Part shown: one piece after another, positions 20,832-31,861 of the stretch
Position numbering within the stretch: position 1 is the stretch's first letter
Layout: each line of letters opens with the position of its first letter
NCBI RefSeq assembly: GCF_014697575.1
Contig: NZ_JACJSC010000008.1
Location: 93,075-157,074 of the forward strand
Source of the DNA: Planktothrix sp. FACHB-1365
Lineage (GTDB): Bacteria > Cyanobacteriota > Cyanobacteriia > Cyanobacteriales > Microcoleaceae
Direction of reading: 5' to 3'
Length of the DNA stretch: 64,000 nt
Notes under the pieces: model-generated
What the model was told of the DNA's origin: nothing
Seen by the model: the letters and a program-made list of their open reading frames with translations, nothing else
Databases searched by the model: none
Translations under genes and position numbers: made by a program

Positions 20832-21899
20832 ATGAAATGGTGGCAACGACTTAAAACTAATCCTTTAGCTCAATTTGGAGCCGGAATTTTATTGTTATTT
20901 TATGTGATCGTCATTGCAGCAGATTTTGTTGCGCCTTATAGTCCTTATGAATCGCAACTGAACGCTTCATTATTGCCACCGACTCAAATTTATTGGTATA
21001 ACCAACAAGGGGAATGGATTGGCCCCCATGTTTACCCCACAACTCAAGGCCCGGTGGATATTGAAACGGGAATTCGTCAACTTAATGTTGATAAAAGTCA
21101 GCCGAGTCCTGTCCGATTTTTTGTCCAGGGAGAACCCTATAAAATATTAGGAATTATCCCGTTTAATCGACATTTATTTGGCACAATTGGAGCCGGACAA
21201 ATTAACCTAGTGGGAACCGATGAACAAGCCAGAGATCAATTTAGTCGGATTATTTTTGGAGGTCGAATTAGTCTCACTATTGGATTAGTAGGAATTCTAA
21301 TTTCGTTCCCGTTAGGAATGATTTTTGGAGGAATTTCTGGTTATTTTGGCGGATGGTTAGATACTTTTATTATGCGAAGTGTTGAAGTATTAATGATAAT
21401 TCCTGGGTTATATTTGTTGGTGGCATTAGTAGGGGTATTACCCCCGCAAATAACCAGTACCCAGCGTTTTTTATTGATTGTGGTGATTATTTCCTTTATT
21501 AGTTGGGCTGGGTTAGCACGAGTAATTCGAGGACAAGTTTTATCGATTAAAGAACAACAATTTGTTCAAGCTTCACGGGCTATAGGAGCTAATTCTTTCT
21601 ATATTATTACTCGTCATATTTTACCCCAAACCGCAACCTATCTCATTATTTCGGCTACATTATCAATTCCCAGTTTCATCATTGCAGAATCAGTTTTAAG
21701 CTTTTTAGGTTTAGGAATTCAACAACCCGATCCCTCTTGGGGAAACTTACTTTCTTCGGCAACAAATGCCTCAATTTTAGTGTTACAACCTTGGTTAATT
21801 TGGCCTCCTGCTATTTTAATTATTTTAACGGTATTAGCTTTTAATTTATTAGGAGATGGGTTAAGAGATGCCCTTGATCCTCGGAGTCTGCAACGATAA
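20832..21899 (+). CDS. ABC transporter permease (oligopeptide/dipeptide OppC/DppC-type)
   Basis: N-terminal TM anchor plus periplasmic loop, then the EAA-like motif region SRAIGANSFYIITRHILP. It ends ...LGDGLRDALDPRS, the characteristic OppC/DppC C-terminus. Confidence 0.85.
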   Translation: MKWWQRLKTNPLAQFGAGILLLFYVIVIAADFVAPYSPYESQLNASLLPPTQIYWYNQQGEWIGPHVYPTTQGPVDIETGIRQLNVDKSQPSPVRFFVQGEPYKILGIIPFNRHLFGTIGAGQINLVGTDEQARDQFSRIIFGGRISLTIGLVGILISFPLGMIFGGISGYFGGWLDTFIMRSVEVLMIIPGLYLLVALVGVLPPQITSTQRFLLIVVIISFISWAGLARVIRGQVLSIKEQQFVQASRAIGANSFYIITRHILPQTATYLIISATLSIPSFIIAESVLSFLGLGIQQPDPSWGNLLSSATNASILVLQPWLIWPPAILIILTVLAFNLLGDGLRDALDPRSLQR

Positions 21900-21921
21900 A
21901 CACAATTGAATTCAAGTTCTA

Positions 21922-23379
21922 GTGATGTTAACTGATAAATCTGGATGTCGAAATGTTGTGATTGTTGGAGGCGGCCCATCGGGACTAGCGATCGCTTTAA
22001 TGTTAGCAAAACGGGGCTGGACAGAAATTACTGTTTTAGAAAAACGAAAAACGGCTGACTATTACGAACCGGATAAAGCGTTTAACTATCAAATTGATGG
22101 TCGAGGTCAAAAATTATTAGATTGGCTAGGATTAACCCCAAACCTAGCAGAAATGAGTGTTTCTAGTCAAGAATTTTACTTAACGATAATTCAACTTAAT
22201 GGAAAGCGAAAAACGATAAAATTACCCTTTATTAATCCTAATCGAAAAACAGCTTATTGGTTGCCTCGAAGAACCTTTGTTTCTTTACTTTATGAAGAAA
22301 TTGAACGCAATTGGCAACAGCAAATCACTGTTTTATTTGAAACAAAATGTATTGAATTAAATCAGAAACAGGAACAATTGCAGGTCATTGTTGAATTAAA
22401 AAATAGCGAATTAAAGCGTTTTACACCTGGTTTTGTAGTCGGTTGTGATGGTTTAAATTCTATTGTTCGTCAAACCCTAAACGACTGGGAAAAACCTGAT
22501 AATCATCGCTTTGAAATGCAATATTTTCCCTCGCCTAGTTCAGGACTGCGCTATCAAGTTTTAACCTTACCGCCTCAATTTCCGCTTTCAAACCAGCTAG
22601 ATGATCAATCTGTCTGTACAATGGCTTATGCAATTCGGGGTAAAGCCGTAGAAGGTCAGAAGAAAATTTCTTTGGGTTTATTACCGATGAAAAATCCCGA
22701 TGAACCTCGAACTGCTAATATTATTACTTATCCTCATCATAAAATTTGGACTCTAAAAACAAATCAAGAATTATATCGTTTTTTAGAACAATCTTTCCCT
22801 CAATTATCCATTCGTGATATTATTTCTGAGTCTGAAATTACACGATTTGTCAACAGTCAAGGTGGTGTTTTTCCCGTTCCTCAATTTTGTTCAGGATTAC
22901 ACTTTTTATTAAAATCTGATCAAACTTTCTCTGCCATCCTCTTATTAGGAGATGCAGTCCATTGTTTTCCCCCGGATATTGGTCAAGGGGTCAACTCAGC
23001 GTTAGAAGATGTCTATATTTTACAACAGATTCTCGAAGAAACTCAAGATGATTTATTGTTAGCTTTACCGCTATATGAAGCTCGACGTTCTGGAGATATT
23101 GAAGCGTTAATTCGTTTAGCTCAAACGACTTTTCCTTGGCAATATAACCAAAATGGGTTCCGTCGAAAGTTATGGGATATAAACTTTTTAATTAGACTGC
23201 TTCTGAATCGATTTTTGCCTTTCTTTTTCAGTCCTCCTGCATTTTTAATGATTCAAGATTATCAACTCAGTTATCAAGAAATTTGGCATCAAAACCAACG
23301 CACAAATCAACGTTTTCTCATCCTCGGTGTAACGCTGTTAGGCCTATTATTTCTTCTGGGATTCAGTTTTAACGTCTAA
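21922..23379 (+). CDS. FAD-dependent monooxygenase (kynurenine-3-monooxygenase-like fold) with C-terminal membrane anchor
   Basis: VVIVGGGPSGLAIALMLAKRGWTEITVLEKR is a GxGxxG Rossmann motif. GCDGLNSIVR and LLGDAVHCFPPDIGQGVNSALEDV are the DG and GD FAD-binding motifs of class A flavin monooxygenases. Confidence 0.7.
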   Translation: MMLTDKSGCRNVVIVGGGPSGLAIALMLAKRGWTEITVLEKRKTADYYEPDKAFNYQIDGRGQKLLDWLGLTPNLAEMSVSSQEFYLTIIQLNGKRKTIKLPFINPNRKTAYWLPRRTFVSLLYEEIERNWQQQITVLFETKCIELNQKQEQLQVIVELKNSELKRFTPGFVVGCDGLNSIVRQTLNDWEKPDNHRFEMQYFPSPSSGLRYQVLTLPPQFPLSNQLDDQSVCTMAYAIRGKAVEGQKKISLGLLPMKNPDEPRTANIITYPHHKIWTLKTNQELYRFLEQSFPQLSIRDIISESEITRFVNSQGGVFPVPQFCSGLHFLLKSDQTFSAILLLGDAVHCFPPDIGQGVNSALEDVYILQQILEETQDDLLLALPLYEARRSGDIEALIRLAQTTFPWQYNQNGFRRKLWDINFLIRLLLNRFLPFFFSPPAFLMIQDYQLSYQEIWHQNQRTNQRFLILGVTLLGLLFLLGFSFNV

Positions 23380-23410
23380 CTCAGATTGGCTTAAGAAGCT
23401 AACTTCTACC

Positions 23411-23725
23411 CTATTCACCGAGATAGGACGTTAAAGTTTGATAATCTGAAAAATCTGAACAGTTAATAGCTTGTTCTGTTAACGCAATTTTGGGATTAAT
23501 GGTACATTTTAATTGATAATTTCCGGTAAAAAATTTACAGGTTGAACAAGGAATTTTATGTAATTCTTTAACGCTGGTTATTCCTTGTGTCAGTGTTCTA
23601 TAGGTACTCCAGATTAACGAAAAAACAAATAACCAAGCAACACTAAAGCAAACAATCTGCAATAGGATCGGTGAAATAAGATTAAAAAAATATAGAATTT
23701 GAGACATGGCAGTTAGGAATAACAA
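23411..23725 (-). CDS. Small hypothetical membrane protein with Cys-rich C-terminus
   Basis: 104 aa with two N-terminal TM helices, then CSTCKFF...C...C. No known family recognised. Confidence 0.3.
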   Translation of the reverse strand: MLFLTAMSQILYFFNLISPILLQIVCFSVAWLFVFSLIWSTYRTLTQGITSVKELHKIPCSTCKFFTGNYQLKCTINPKIALTEQAINCSDFSDYQTLTSYLGE

Positions 23726-24280
23726 AGAGGTAAGCTAAAGCTAATACTCATCTATTCTGAAGGGATGACTGTTTCCCCTCATCTAACTTCAGCATGATCT
23801 GTTTGTGAATTCGGTTTGTAAATTAAGCGATAAAACTCATCCATTGAAGAAGTCTCATCATTGATTACAACCGAAATTAACAAAATCTCTACCTTAAGTT
23901 AGAAAATGAATTGATCAGAAATCGGTAAAGTATTGATTACTTCTCTATGAAGTTAAGCTTGGGAATTGAAATTTTCTGGATTCATATTGCTAAATATCCC
24001 TTAACTCCTTTTTGGATTATTTAATGGGATTTTTAAGTAAAAAATGTCCTCTTTTGAGGGTTGAGATTGCCATCTTTATCGATAAAGTTGGTGATGAATT
24101 GTAGCGTTTCGTTTCAACGCTGAAACACAATTTCTCCAAAGTTGGGTGTTGCTAGTGCAGTCGGGTTTGATTTTTTTTCTATCCCTTTCTCTGATTCATG
24201 AATGGTTTTTTTAATATTAACCCGGATGCACTGGCTCATCTTTAGCAACTTGGATTCGCTCTGATGGAGTCAGTAAATAC

Positions 24281-26512
24281 ATGGCAGCGAAATTCCCAAA
24301 ATTTGATCAAGGTCTTGCTCAAGACCCAACCACTCGCCGAATTTGGTACGGGATTGCCACGGCCCATGATTTTGAAAGCCATGATGGCATGAACGAGGAA
24401 AATCTCTATCAAAAGATTTTTGCCTCTCATTTTGGTCATTTGGCGATTATTTTTTTATGGACATCCGGCAACCTGTTCCATGTCGCTTGGCAAGGAAATT
24501 TTGAACAGTGGATTCGAGATCCCCTGCACATTCGTCCCATTGCCCATGCCATCTGGGACCCCCAATTTGGCAAACCGGCAGTGGAAGCCTTCTCCCAAGC
24601 CGGAGCTATAAACCCCGTTAATATTGCCTATTCGGGCGTTTATCATTGGTGGTATACCATTGGGATGAGAACCAACGCCGAGCTTTATCAAGGCGCTGTT
24701 TTCCTCCTGCTTTTGGCGGCATTGTTTCTATTTGCGGGCTGGTTACACCTTCAACCCAAATATCGTCCGAGTTTGTCTTGGTTCAAAAATGCGGAGTCCC
24801 GCCTTAACCACCACTTAGCGGGTTTATTTGGGGTCAGTTGTCTAGCCTGGACAGGCCATTTAGTTCATGTTGCCATTCCTGAATCCCGTGGCCAGCACGT
24901 CGGATGGGATAACTTCTTGACCACGTTACCCCATCCGGCCGGACTCAAACCCTTCTTTACTGCAAATTGGGGGGTTTATGCCCAAAATCCTGATACGGCG
25001 CAGCACGTTTTTGGCTCATCGGACGGGGCAGGAACGGCGATTTTAACGTTTTTGGGTGGGTTTCATCCCCAAACTGAATCGTTATGGCTGACGGATATTG
25101 CTCATCACCATTTAGCGATCGCGGTGATCTTTATTATTGCGGGTCATATGTACCGAACCAACTTCGGCATTGGCCACAGTATTAAAGAGATGTTGAACTC
25201 GAAAGATCCGTTGTTTGGGGTTCCCACTGAAGGACAGTTCAACTTACCCCACCAAGGTTTGTATGATACCTATAACAACTCCCTGCATTTTCAGTTAGGA
25301 ATTCACCTGGCTGCGTTGGGGGTGGTGACATCGCTGGTGGCGCAGCATATGTATTCCATGCCACCCTATGCGTTTATCGCCAGGGATTATACAACCCAAT
25401 CGGCACTGTATACCCATCATCAATATATTGCTGGGTTCCTCATGGTCGGAGCCTTTGCCCATGCGGCTATCTTCTGGGTTCGAGACTATGACCCCGACCA
25501 AAACAAAGGCAACGTTTTAGATCGGGTTTTGAATCACAAAGAAGCGATTATTTCCCATTTAAGTTGGGTGTCTCTATTTTTGGGATTCCATACCCTGGGT
25601 ATATACGTTCACAATGATGTCGTCGTTGCCTTTGGGACACCGGAAAAGCAAATTTTGATTGAACCTGTATTTGCTCAGTTCATTCAAGCGGCTCATGGTA
25701 AAGCCCTTTATGCAATGGATGTGTTACTGGCGAACCCAGACAGTATTGCCCATACTGCTTGGCCAAATCATGGGAATGTTTGGCTACCCGGTTGGTTAGA
25801 TGCGATTAATTCCGGTAAGAATTCATTGTTTTTAACCATTGGCCCTGGGGACTTCTTAGTTCACCATGCGATCGCTTTGGGTCTACACACCACCACCTTA
25901 ATTTGTGTCAAAGGTGCGTTAGATGCCCGTGGCACTAAACTGATGCCTGATAAAAAAGACTTCGGTTTTACCTTCCCTTGTGATGGCCCTGGACGGGGGG
26001 GCACTTGTCAAACGTCGGCTTGGGAGCAATCGTTCTTCCTAGCAACTTTCTGGATGTTGAATACCCTCGGTTGGATCACGTTCTATTTCCACTGGAAACA
26101 TTTAGGGGTGTGGCAAGGAAACGTTGCTCAATTTAATGAAAGCTCAACCTATATTATGGGTTGGTTTCGGGATTACCTCTGGCTGTATTCGGCTCAGGTG
26201 ATCAATGGTTACAACCCCTACGGAACCAGTAACCTCTCGGTTTGGGCCTGGATGTTTCTGTTCGGACATTTGGTTTGGGCCACTGGGTTTATGTTCTTGA
26301 TCTCTTGGCGAGGCTATTGGCAAGAACTGATTGAAACGTTAGTTTGGGCCCATGAACGCACCCCTCTGGCGAACCTTGTGATCTGGAAAGACAAACCGGT
26401 TTCGCTGTCAATTGTTCAAGGATGGTTAACGGGTTTAGTTCACTTTACGGTGGGCTATATCCTCACCTATGCCGCGTTCCTACTGGCTTCAACGGCTGGA
26501 AAATTTGGCTGA
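24281..26512 (+). CDS. psaB: Photosystem I P700 chlorophyll a apoprotein A2 (PsaB), stand-alone and somewhat divergent copy
   Basis: The N-terminus [36 protein letters not shown] matches PsaB ([36 protein letters not shown]). The FX loop [19 protein letters not shown] is present. It is 743 aa and ends ...GKFG. Confidence 0.93.
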   Translation: MAAKFPKFDQGLAQDPTTRRIWYGIATAHDFESHDGMNEENLYQKIFASHFGHLAIIFLWTSGNLFHVAWQGNFEQWIRDPLHIRPIAHAIWDPQFGKPAVEAFSQAGAINPVNIAYSGVYHWWYTIGMRTNAELYQGAVFLLLLAALFLFAGWLHLQPKYRPSLSWFKNAESRLNHHLAGLFGVSCLAWTGHLVHVAIPESRGQHVGWDNFLTTLPHPAGLKPFFTANWGVYAQNPDTAQHVFGSSDGAGTAILTFLGGFHPQTESLWLTDIAHHHLAIAVIFIIAGHMYRTNFGIGHSIKEMLNSKDPLFGVPTEGQFNLPHQGLYDTYNNSLHFQLGIHLAALGVVTSLVAQHMYSMPPYAFIARDYTTQSALYTHHQYIAGFLMVGAFAHAAIFWVRDYDPDQNKGNVLDRVLNHKEAIISHLSWVSLFLGFHTLGIYVHNDVVVAFGTPEKQILIEPVFAQFIQAAHGKALYAMDVLLANPDSIAHTAWPNHGNVWLPGWLDAINSGKNSLFLTIGPGDFLVHHAIALGLHTTTLICVKGALDARGTKLMPDKKDFGFTFPCDGPGRGGTCQTSAWEQSFFLATFWMLNTLGWITFYFHWKHLGVWQGNVAQFNESSTYIMGWFRDYLWLYSAQVINGYNPYGTSNLSVWAWMFLFGHLVWATGFMFLISWRGYWQELIETLVWAHERTPLANLVIWKDKPVSLSIVQGWLTGLVHFTVGYILTYAAFLLASTAGKFG

Positions 26513-26540
26513 TCATCCCTGAAAGGGTGAATGATTAACT

Positions 26541-26573
26541 ATAGGGGTGACGACAGTTGCCCCTATGTTTTTG
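26541..26573 (+). terminator. Intrinsic terminator of psaB: ATAGGGG-(12 nt)-CCCCTAT then GTTTTTG
   Basis: 7-bp GC-rich stem plus T-tract about 30 nt after the psaB stop, read directly. Confidence 0.55.
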
Positions 26574-26633
26574 TGCTTCAGTATTAGAAATCAGGTTAGC
26601 TATTATAGGGATGAACCTTGTTGCAACACCACA

Positions 26634-26888
26634 ATGAGCATCAATCTCACCTCTGACCAAGAACAATTTATTCAAACTCAACTAGAATCTGGAAAATATC
26701 AAACCCCTGAACAAGTCATCTCAACTGCGTTGCGCCTACTGGATGAATGGCAAAGGGCTGAGGCAGAATGGGCTAAAGATGTGGCAGCTAAAATCGATGC
26801 GGCTGTATCCACCTCTGAAGAAAATCCTCCCCTTGATGGTGAAACTTTTATCAATGAGATTTTAGAACGGTTTAAGCCAACCCATTAG
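26634..26888 (+). CDS. ParD/CopG-like ribbon-helix-helix antitoxin (type II TA antitoxin), orphan
   Basis: MSINLTSDQEQFIQTQLESGKYQTPEQVISTALRLLDEW matches the ParD-family N-terminus pattern (..L.pe.e.Fi..qv.sGrY.sasEVvReaLRLLee). The start was moved downstream of the psaB terminator. No toxin ORF follows. Confidence 0.55.
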   Translation: MSINLTSDQEQFIQTQLESGKYQTPEQVISTALRLLDEWQRAEAEWAKDVAAKIDAAVSTSEENPPLDGETFINEILERFKPTH

Positions 26889-27109
26889 GATACAACGATG
26901 CTGCTTGCTAGTTACCAGGAGCGTCGCACAAGTCGCTCACTGGATCAAACTGCATTGTTGGATAGTGTATATTTATAATCTATAGAAGGATTTTAATGGC
27001 AACAGCGCAATGGACTATTCCCGACTGGTAAAACTCAGCCAAGAACTGTTAACCAGAACTGCCCTTCTGAGCTTAAGCTATTCGGCTCTAGTAAGGAGAA
27101 GTAATATCA

Positions 27110-30100
27110 ATGACCGTTTTTTATGTTTGTCTCACAGAGCAGTGTAGAATTGATGCTACTAAGTATGGTGTCATTCAAGATATTGAAAAGTTTGCTGAAA
27201 AGCTAAAAAAAGACCAAAGTACGAGAGGACTTGATCGATTTCCAAAACCCTATTGGAAGAAATCAATGGCAAGAGGTCGTATTGTTATTGAAGAGTATCC
27301 TCTGAGTGAAGACAAGATCATCCTCGGCCTGTCCCGATTTTTCATGCGAGGGTCTGATGATCGAGAATATGAGCCTTCTTATAAAGACACAGAATCTTTT
27401 TGGAATAAAAACAAGGTTTCTGGTTCTGAAATAGAAGCATTTCTTGACACCATAAAAAAAACACCAATTCCTCCCAAAAAACAGTTATCAGAAATTGAGA
27501 GTCAGTATCTTCAATCGATATCAAGTTCTTACTTGACTGATGAACCTGTATTCTTAGAAAGTTATGACTGGGTTGATCGTATATCTCAGGATTATATCAA
27601 ACATCATATTTCACGCTATTCCGATTTAAGCAAGAATATTGCATTTGAAGAATTTGCGCCTAATCAAGATTTGATCAAGCACGCAACAAATCCTAACATT
27701 CAAATTCTATATCGGTATTTTCCAGAACATAAGAGAATATTATTAATATCTCCCCTAAACAAAAATAAACAAGACGATGAAAAAGAGTTACGAGAGAAGT
27801 ATAAAGATATTTTAGTTAATTCACAAGTCGAACTTGACACAATTATCCGTTGGAGTCGGCGTGCCTACCCTTCGATCATTGTCTGTGATGAGGAAGTGTG
27901 GATACAGGTTCAGAACACTGCTGAGGCTAATTTAGCATTATCGCCTGAAGAAGAGAAAATTCTTGAAAAAATATCAAATCCTGCTCATGGAGAACCAAGA
28001 TATCCATTATTTATCAATGGACGACCAGGTAGTGCTAAATCAACTATCCTTCAGTATTTATTTAGTGAGCATTTAACTCACTATAAAGACGAGGCTGGCT
28101 CATTAGTCAATCCACCATTGTACTTGACTTACAGCACTCCACTTTTGGAGAAAGCTCGTTCATCTGTAAAAGATATTTTACTCTGTGGTGCAAAACATCT
28201 TGAGCATGGATCTAATTCCAAAGAGAATCCAAAATTGAAGCAGATATTAGATCAGAGTTTTCGCACTTTTCGTGACTTTTTGCGTGAGAAACTTCCTCAT
28301 GAAGTGAAGGCTGATTTTGTGGATGCTAAGTATATAAACTTTGAGCAGTTCCGCAAGGAGTGGGATAAGGCACGAGAAAAACTACCTAAATCTGAAGAGC
28401 AACGTAATATTAGTTCAGGGCTTGCATGGCACGCCATAAGAACCTTTATTAAGGGTATGCAAAACGAATTGGGTGCTGAAATCGATCCTGAATTTTACGA
28501 ATGTGAATTACCTCGCAATTTAAAATCCATCTCAGATAACACCTTTCAATTAATTTACGAGAAAATTTGGCAACGTTGGTATAAACCACTTTGCGGAAAA
28601 GAAGGCTTTTGGGATGACCAAGACTTAGCTCATGCAGTTTTAGAGTATTCAGCCAACGAATTATCACAATACCCGGCAGTGTTCTGTGATGAAGCTCAAG
28701 ATTTCACCAGCGTTGAACTTGAGTTGATTCAACGTTTATCTCTTTACTCTGATCGCCAAATACCTAGCCATCTTGCTAAGGATGTTCCGTTTGCCTTTGC
28801 AGGCGATCCTTTTCAAACTTTAAACCCCACAGGGTTCAACTGGACTGCAACACAGGCGAGTTTTCATAAAAACATTGTTCAGAAGTTCGACGATAGCAGT
28901 GGTTCTGCCAAATTAGAGTTTAATTATCAAGAACTATCCTTCAACTACCGTTCATCAGAACAAATTGTCAAGTTAGCTAATTTAATTCAACTTCTACGAG
29001 GGAAACTGCTAGATATTAAAGGCTTGCGTCCACAGCAAAGTTGGACAAGACAAGAAACAAGTAGTCCTGTATGGTTCCGAGCAGAAGATGCAGCTTGTAA
29101 AGACAAAATTCGAGAACAAAAGGAACTGATTATCATTATTCCTTGTGAAGAGAACGGTGAAGTGGAGTATATTAAAGGTGATCCTTTTCTGTCTAGCTTT
29201 GCGTTAGGGAATGATGAGAAGGTTTCAAGAAACATTTTAAGCCCAGCAAGAGCTAAAGGATTGGAGTATAAGCGTGTATTGCTATACAAGTTTGGTGAAG
29301 AAGCAAGAAAAAAAGTGCCAGAATTTCTGAAATATCTTAAAAATATTAATGATCCAAAACTTGAGCCTCCTGAGATTGAAGAGTGTTTGGCATGGGAGTA
29401 TTTTCTTAACCAGTTTTATGTTGCAGTAAGTCGCGCTCGCAAACGTTTGTTTATCGTAGATTCTGATCAGGCACTAGAAGAGTTCTGGAAATTATTTACA
29501 GATATCCAAAAACAACGTGAACTACTTGACTTATATCAAAGTATCAATAGTAATGAACAGTGGAGCCTTGAAAACATAGGTGGCATGATACAAGGTGACG
29601 AAGACAGCTGGTCAGCTGATCGTGATGATCCGTATAAGTTAGCTCAGAATTATGAGGCTCAAGGTCGTAGCTCAAGAGATCCCGATCTGCTAGATCTTGC
29701 TAGCTGGAACTATCATCTTGCTAACTGTCCTGACAAAGCCAAGCTTTGTCAAGCAGCCGCCTACGAATTTAGGGAACATTTTGCAAATGCAGGTAATTTA
29801 TTCAAAGAGTTAAAGCAAGCCAATGATGCTTGTCGGTGCTATTGGGCTGGAAAAGATGTAGATGCAATTATCGATTTAGTTAAGCAACTTCCTGAAATTG
29901 ATACAAACCCGCGCGTTACAGCAGCAAGAGTCATCAAACGAGATCAAAATACTAGGCAAGACATTGACAATCTGCTGACTGCTTTACAAAAGGTTGAACC
30001 TATAAGATCAGATGATTCCACTAAAATCGAAAGTAGCGCATGGCAGTGGTTTTTTAAGGAACTGATTATTAAAGTCGATCAGGCAATTACATCGAGTGGC

Positions 30101-31573
30101 GAAGCTCATCTTTTAGGCTGGAAACCGTTAATTGAAGGTATAGTCAAAACTTTAAGTCACCTCAATTTTTCCTCCAAAGATTATCCAGATATCGGCAAGT
30201 TGTACTTCTTGGTTGGAGAATTTCAAGAAGCTGTCACACATTGGGATAAATGTTCTGCCATTCAGAAACAGTCTCAGAAGTCACCAACGTGGCTTCTTCG
30301 ATCACGGGCTAAAATAGAAGGTTATCCAGACAATCTCCAATATTATCATCAACTGAAAGATGACAATGCTGTAATAGAGGCTTGGCGAAGTGCTGGGAGT
30401 CCTATTCCTAGAGAAACACCCGTCGTCAACAGAATTCTCGAATCTGCTGTAAAAATTGGTAATGTTGAGGCTATCCGATCCCTACTTCCTGTCTGCAATG
30501 ACATTGCAAAAGTAAGGGACTTGGTTAGGGATAGCAAGAATGAGGTACTCCGTGAACTGCGTGGTAGTATTTCTGTTGCTATTAACCAATGCTTGGAAGC
30601 CGATAGCGAATGGGAAGAAATTGTCAACTTTACCCAGACTTACGAGATTAGTCATTTGCTGATTGGAAAATCACGAAATATTCCATATAGTTCGCTCAAT
30701 GAGGAGTTGAAAAAAGCGAAAATTGAGTGGGATCAATCAATTGCTATTGCCGCTGCTGTGCGCGTGCTTGCCAGATCCGAGCGACTTGTTAAGGAGAATT
30801 TTAAGTCTCAACAAATCATTTCAGAATTCCTGAAGCAACATCTCATCATTGACAATAATAGTAGCCCAGAACAACACAAAATCATGCGGGAAGTTCATCA
30901 AATATTGAGTGTAGATGAGGTTGGGTCTGCTTTTGAAAGGGCATTCAAACTCACTTTTGCCTTTGAATATTACGAACAATGGTACAAGAGCAATAGTCCA
31001 GCCCAAGAACTTCACCTGATTTCTCCATCATCTAAGGATATCAATCTTGCCAAGCGACGCTGGATGAAATGCAAATATATCCTCGCTGAGACAGAACAAA
31101 ACGCACGAAGCCCTCAACTGAAAGAGGAAGCTCAAAAGATGGCTGATCAATTAAACGTGTCTATTGATGATGAGCCAAAATACTTAGAACTTCCTGACAT
31201 CACTGAGTTGAATATTCCAAGTTCTTCAGAAGCAATAACACCAAAAGCTTTGATTCTAACAAAAGATATGAACGAAGAACTAACCATTAAAGGCTTAAAT
31301 TTCATCGTGAAGACAGACCATATCCAGAAGCAGCGTATTTCTCTTAAACGAGTCGATAATGGGGATAATGTTTTGTTCAGTCTAAACAAGGTAAGCAGTG
31401 ATGATGTATCAGTCAAAGAGTTGGCAGAAACTCCTACACTAAAAGTTTGGGTAATTGAGGAATGGGATATTAACATTGAAAGTCAAACTAATACAGGTGA
31501 TTCTATCATTTCGTTAAAAACGAGTGAAGGCAACCCGATTATTCGTATTGAATTACCGAAAATATCAAACTGA
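27110..31573 (+). CDS. 1487-aa multidomain protein: ~270-aa N-terminal domain of unknown function, SF1 (UvrD/PcrA-like) helicase core, ~680-aa helical (TPR-like) C-terminal region
   Basis: Q-motif-like LALSPEEEKIL. Walker A LFINGRPGSAKSTIL. Motif II VFCDEAQDFTSVE. Motif VI-like YVAVSRARKRLFIVD. The codon usage (AGA/AGG, AAG, CTT/CTA, GGA) differs from neighbouring native genes (TTA, AAA, CGT/CGA, GGG/GGT). Confidence 0.8.
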   Translation: MTVFYVCLTEQCRIDATKYGVIQDIEKFAEKLKKDQSTRGLDRFPKPYWKKSMARGRIVIEEYPLSEDKIILGLSRFFMRGSDDREYEPSYKDTESFWNKNKVSGSEIEAFLDTIKKTPIPPKKQLSEIESQYLQSISSSYLTDEPVFLESYDWVDRISQDYIKHHISRYSDLSKNIAFEEFAPNQDLIKHATNPNIQILYRYFPEHKRILLISPLNKNKQDDEKELREKYKDILVNSQVELDTIIRWSRRAYPSIIVCDEEVWIQVQNTAEANLALSPEEEKILEKISNPAHGEPRYPLFINGRPGSAKSTILQYLFSEHLTHYKDEAGSLVNPPLYLTYSTPLLEKARSSVKDILLCGAKHLEHGSNSKENPKLKQILDQSFRTFRDFLREKLPHEVKADFVDAKYINFEQFRKEWDKAREKLPKSEEQRNISSGLAWHAIRTFIKGMQNELGAEIDPEFYECELPRNLKSISDNTFQLIYEKIWQRWYKPLCGKEGFWDDQDLAHAVLEYSANELSQYPAVFCDEAQDFTSVELELIQRLSLYSDRQIPSHLAKDVPFAFAGDPFQTLNPTGFNWTATQASFHKNIVQKFDDSSGSAKLEFNYQELSFNYRSSEQIVKLANLIQLLRGKLLDIKGLRPQQSWTRQETSSPVWFRAEDAACKDKIREQKELIIIIPCEENGEVEYIKGDPFLSSFALGNDEKVSRNILSPARAKGLEYKRVLLYKFGEEARKKVPEFLKYLKNINDPKLEPPEIEECLAWEYFLNQFYVAVSRARKRLFIVDSDQALEEFWKLFTDIQKQRELLDLYQSINSNEQWSLENIGGMIQGDEDSWSADRDDPYKLAQNYEAQGRSSRDPDLLDLASWNYHLANCPDKAKLCQAAAYEFREHFANAGNLFKELKQANDACRCYWAGKDVDAIIDLVKQLPEIDTNPRVTAARVIKRDQNTRQDIDNLLTALQKVEPIRSDDSTKIESSAWQWFFKELIIKVDQAITSSGEAHLLGWKPLIEGIVKTLSHLNFSSKDYPDIGKLYFLVGEFQEAVTHWDKCSAIQKQSQKSPTWLLRSRAKIEGYPDNLQYYHQLKDDNAVIEAWRSAGSPIPRETPVVNRILESAVKIGNVEAIRSLLPVCNDIAKVRDLVRDSKNEVLRELRGSISVAINQCLEADSEWEEIVNFTQTYEISHLLIGKSRNIPYSSLNEELKKAKIEWDQSIAIAAAVRVLARSERLVKENFKSQQIISEFLKQHLIIDNNSSPEQHKIMREVHQILSVDEVGSAFERAFKLTFAFEYYEQWYKSNSPAQELHLISPSSKDINLAKRRWMKCKYILAETEQNARSPQLKEEAQKMADQLNVSIDDEPKYLELPDITELNIPSSSEAITPKALILTKDMNEELTIKGLNFIVKTDHIQKQRISLKRVDNGDNVLFSLNKVSSDDVSVKELAETPTLKVWVIEEWDINIESQTNTGDSIISLKTSEGNPIIRIELPKISN

Positions 31574-31861
31574 TCTCAAATTAAAGAATGTGAAGCCTTC
31601 TATAAAAAGCTGCACCATTGCCTGCGATGAGCATACAGTGGTGGCAGCTAACTGATTGGGATCGGTCTATTTTCTGTGTTTGCAGGCTGTGTTATAGCAC
31701 TACGGAAAAAAGTAAACCAGTATTCTTCTCAAACCGATTGACCCAAACCTCAACACAACCGTGATCCCTATCACACAACTCTAATTCGTATCAGAAGATA
31801 GTGGATTTACAGTATTTAGGCCACAACCATGTTGACTGGAGAACGCAAGGCGGACAACCGG

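Noticed and set aside
24242-25501. Antisense and alternate-frame ORFs inside psaB (24242..24439, 24420..24611, 24455..24691, 25295..25501)
   Set aside because: psaB is unambiguous over its whole length. These are chance ORFs in a GC-richer, highly constrained gene.
26889-27109. ParE/RelE toxin gene expected downstream of the ParD-like antitoxin
   Set aside because: Only two tiny ORFs are present (MLLASYQERRTSRSLDQTALLDSVYL and an 11-codon MATAQWTIPDW), and neither resembles a ParE/RelE N-terminus. The antitoxin is treated as an orphan, with a decayed toxin possible.
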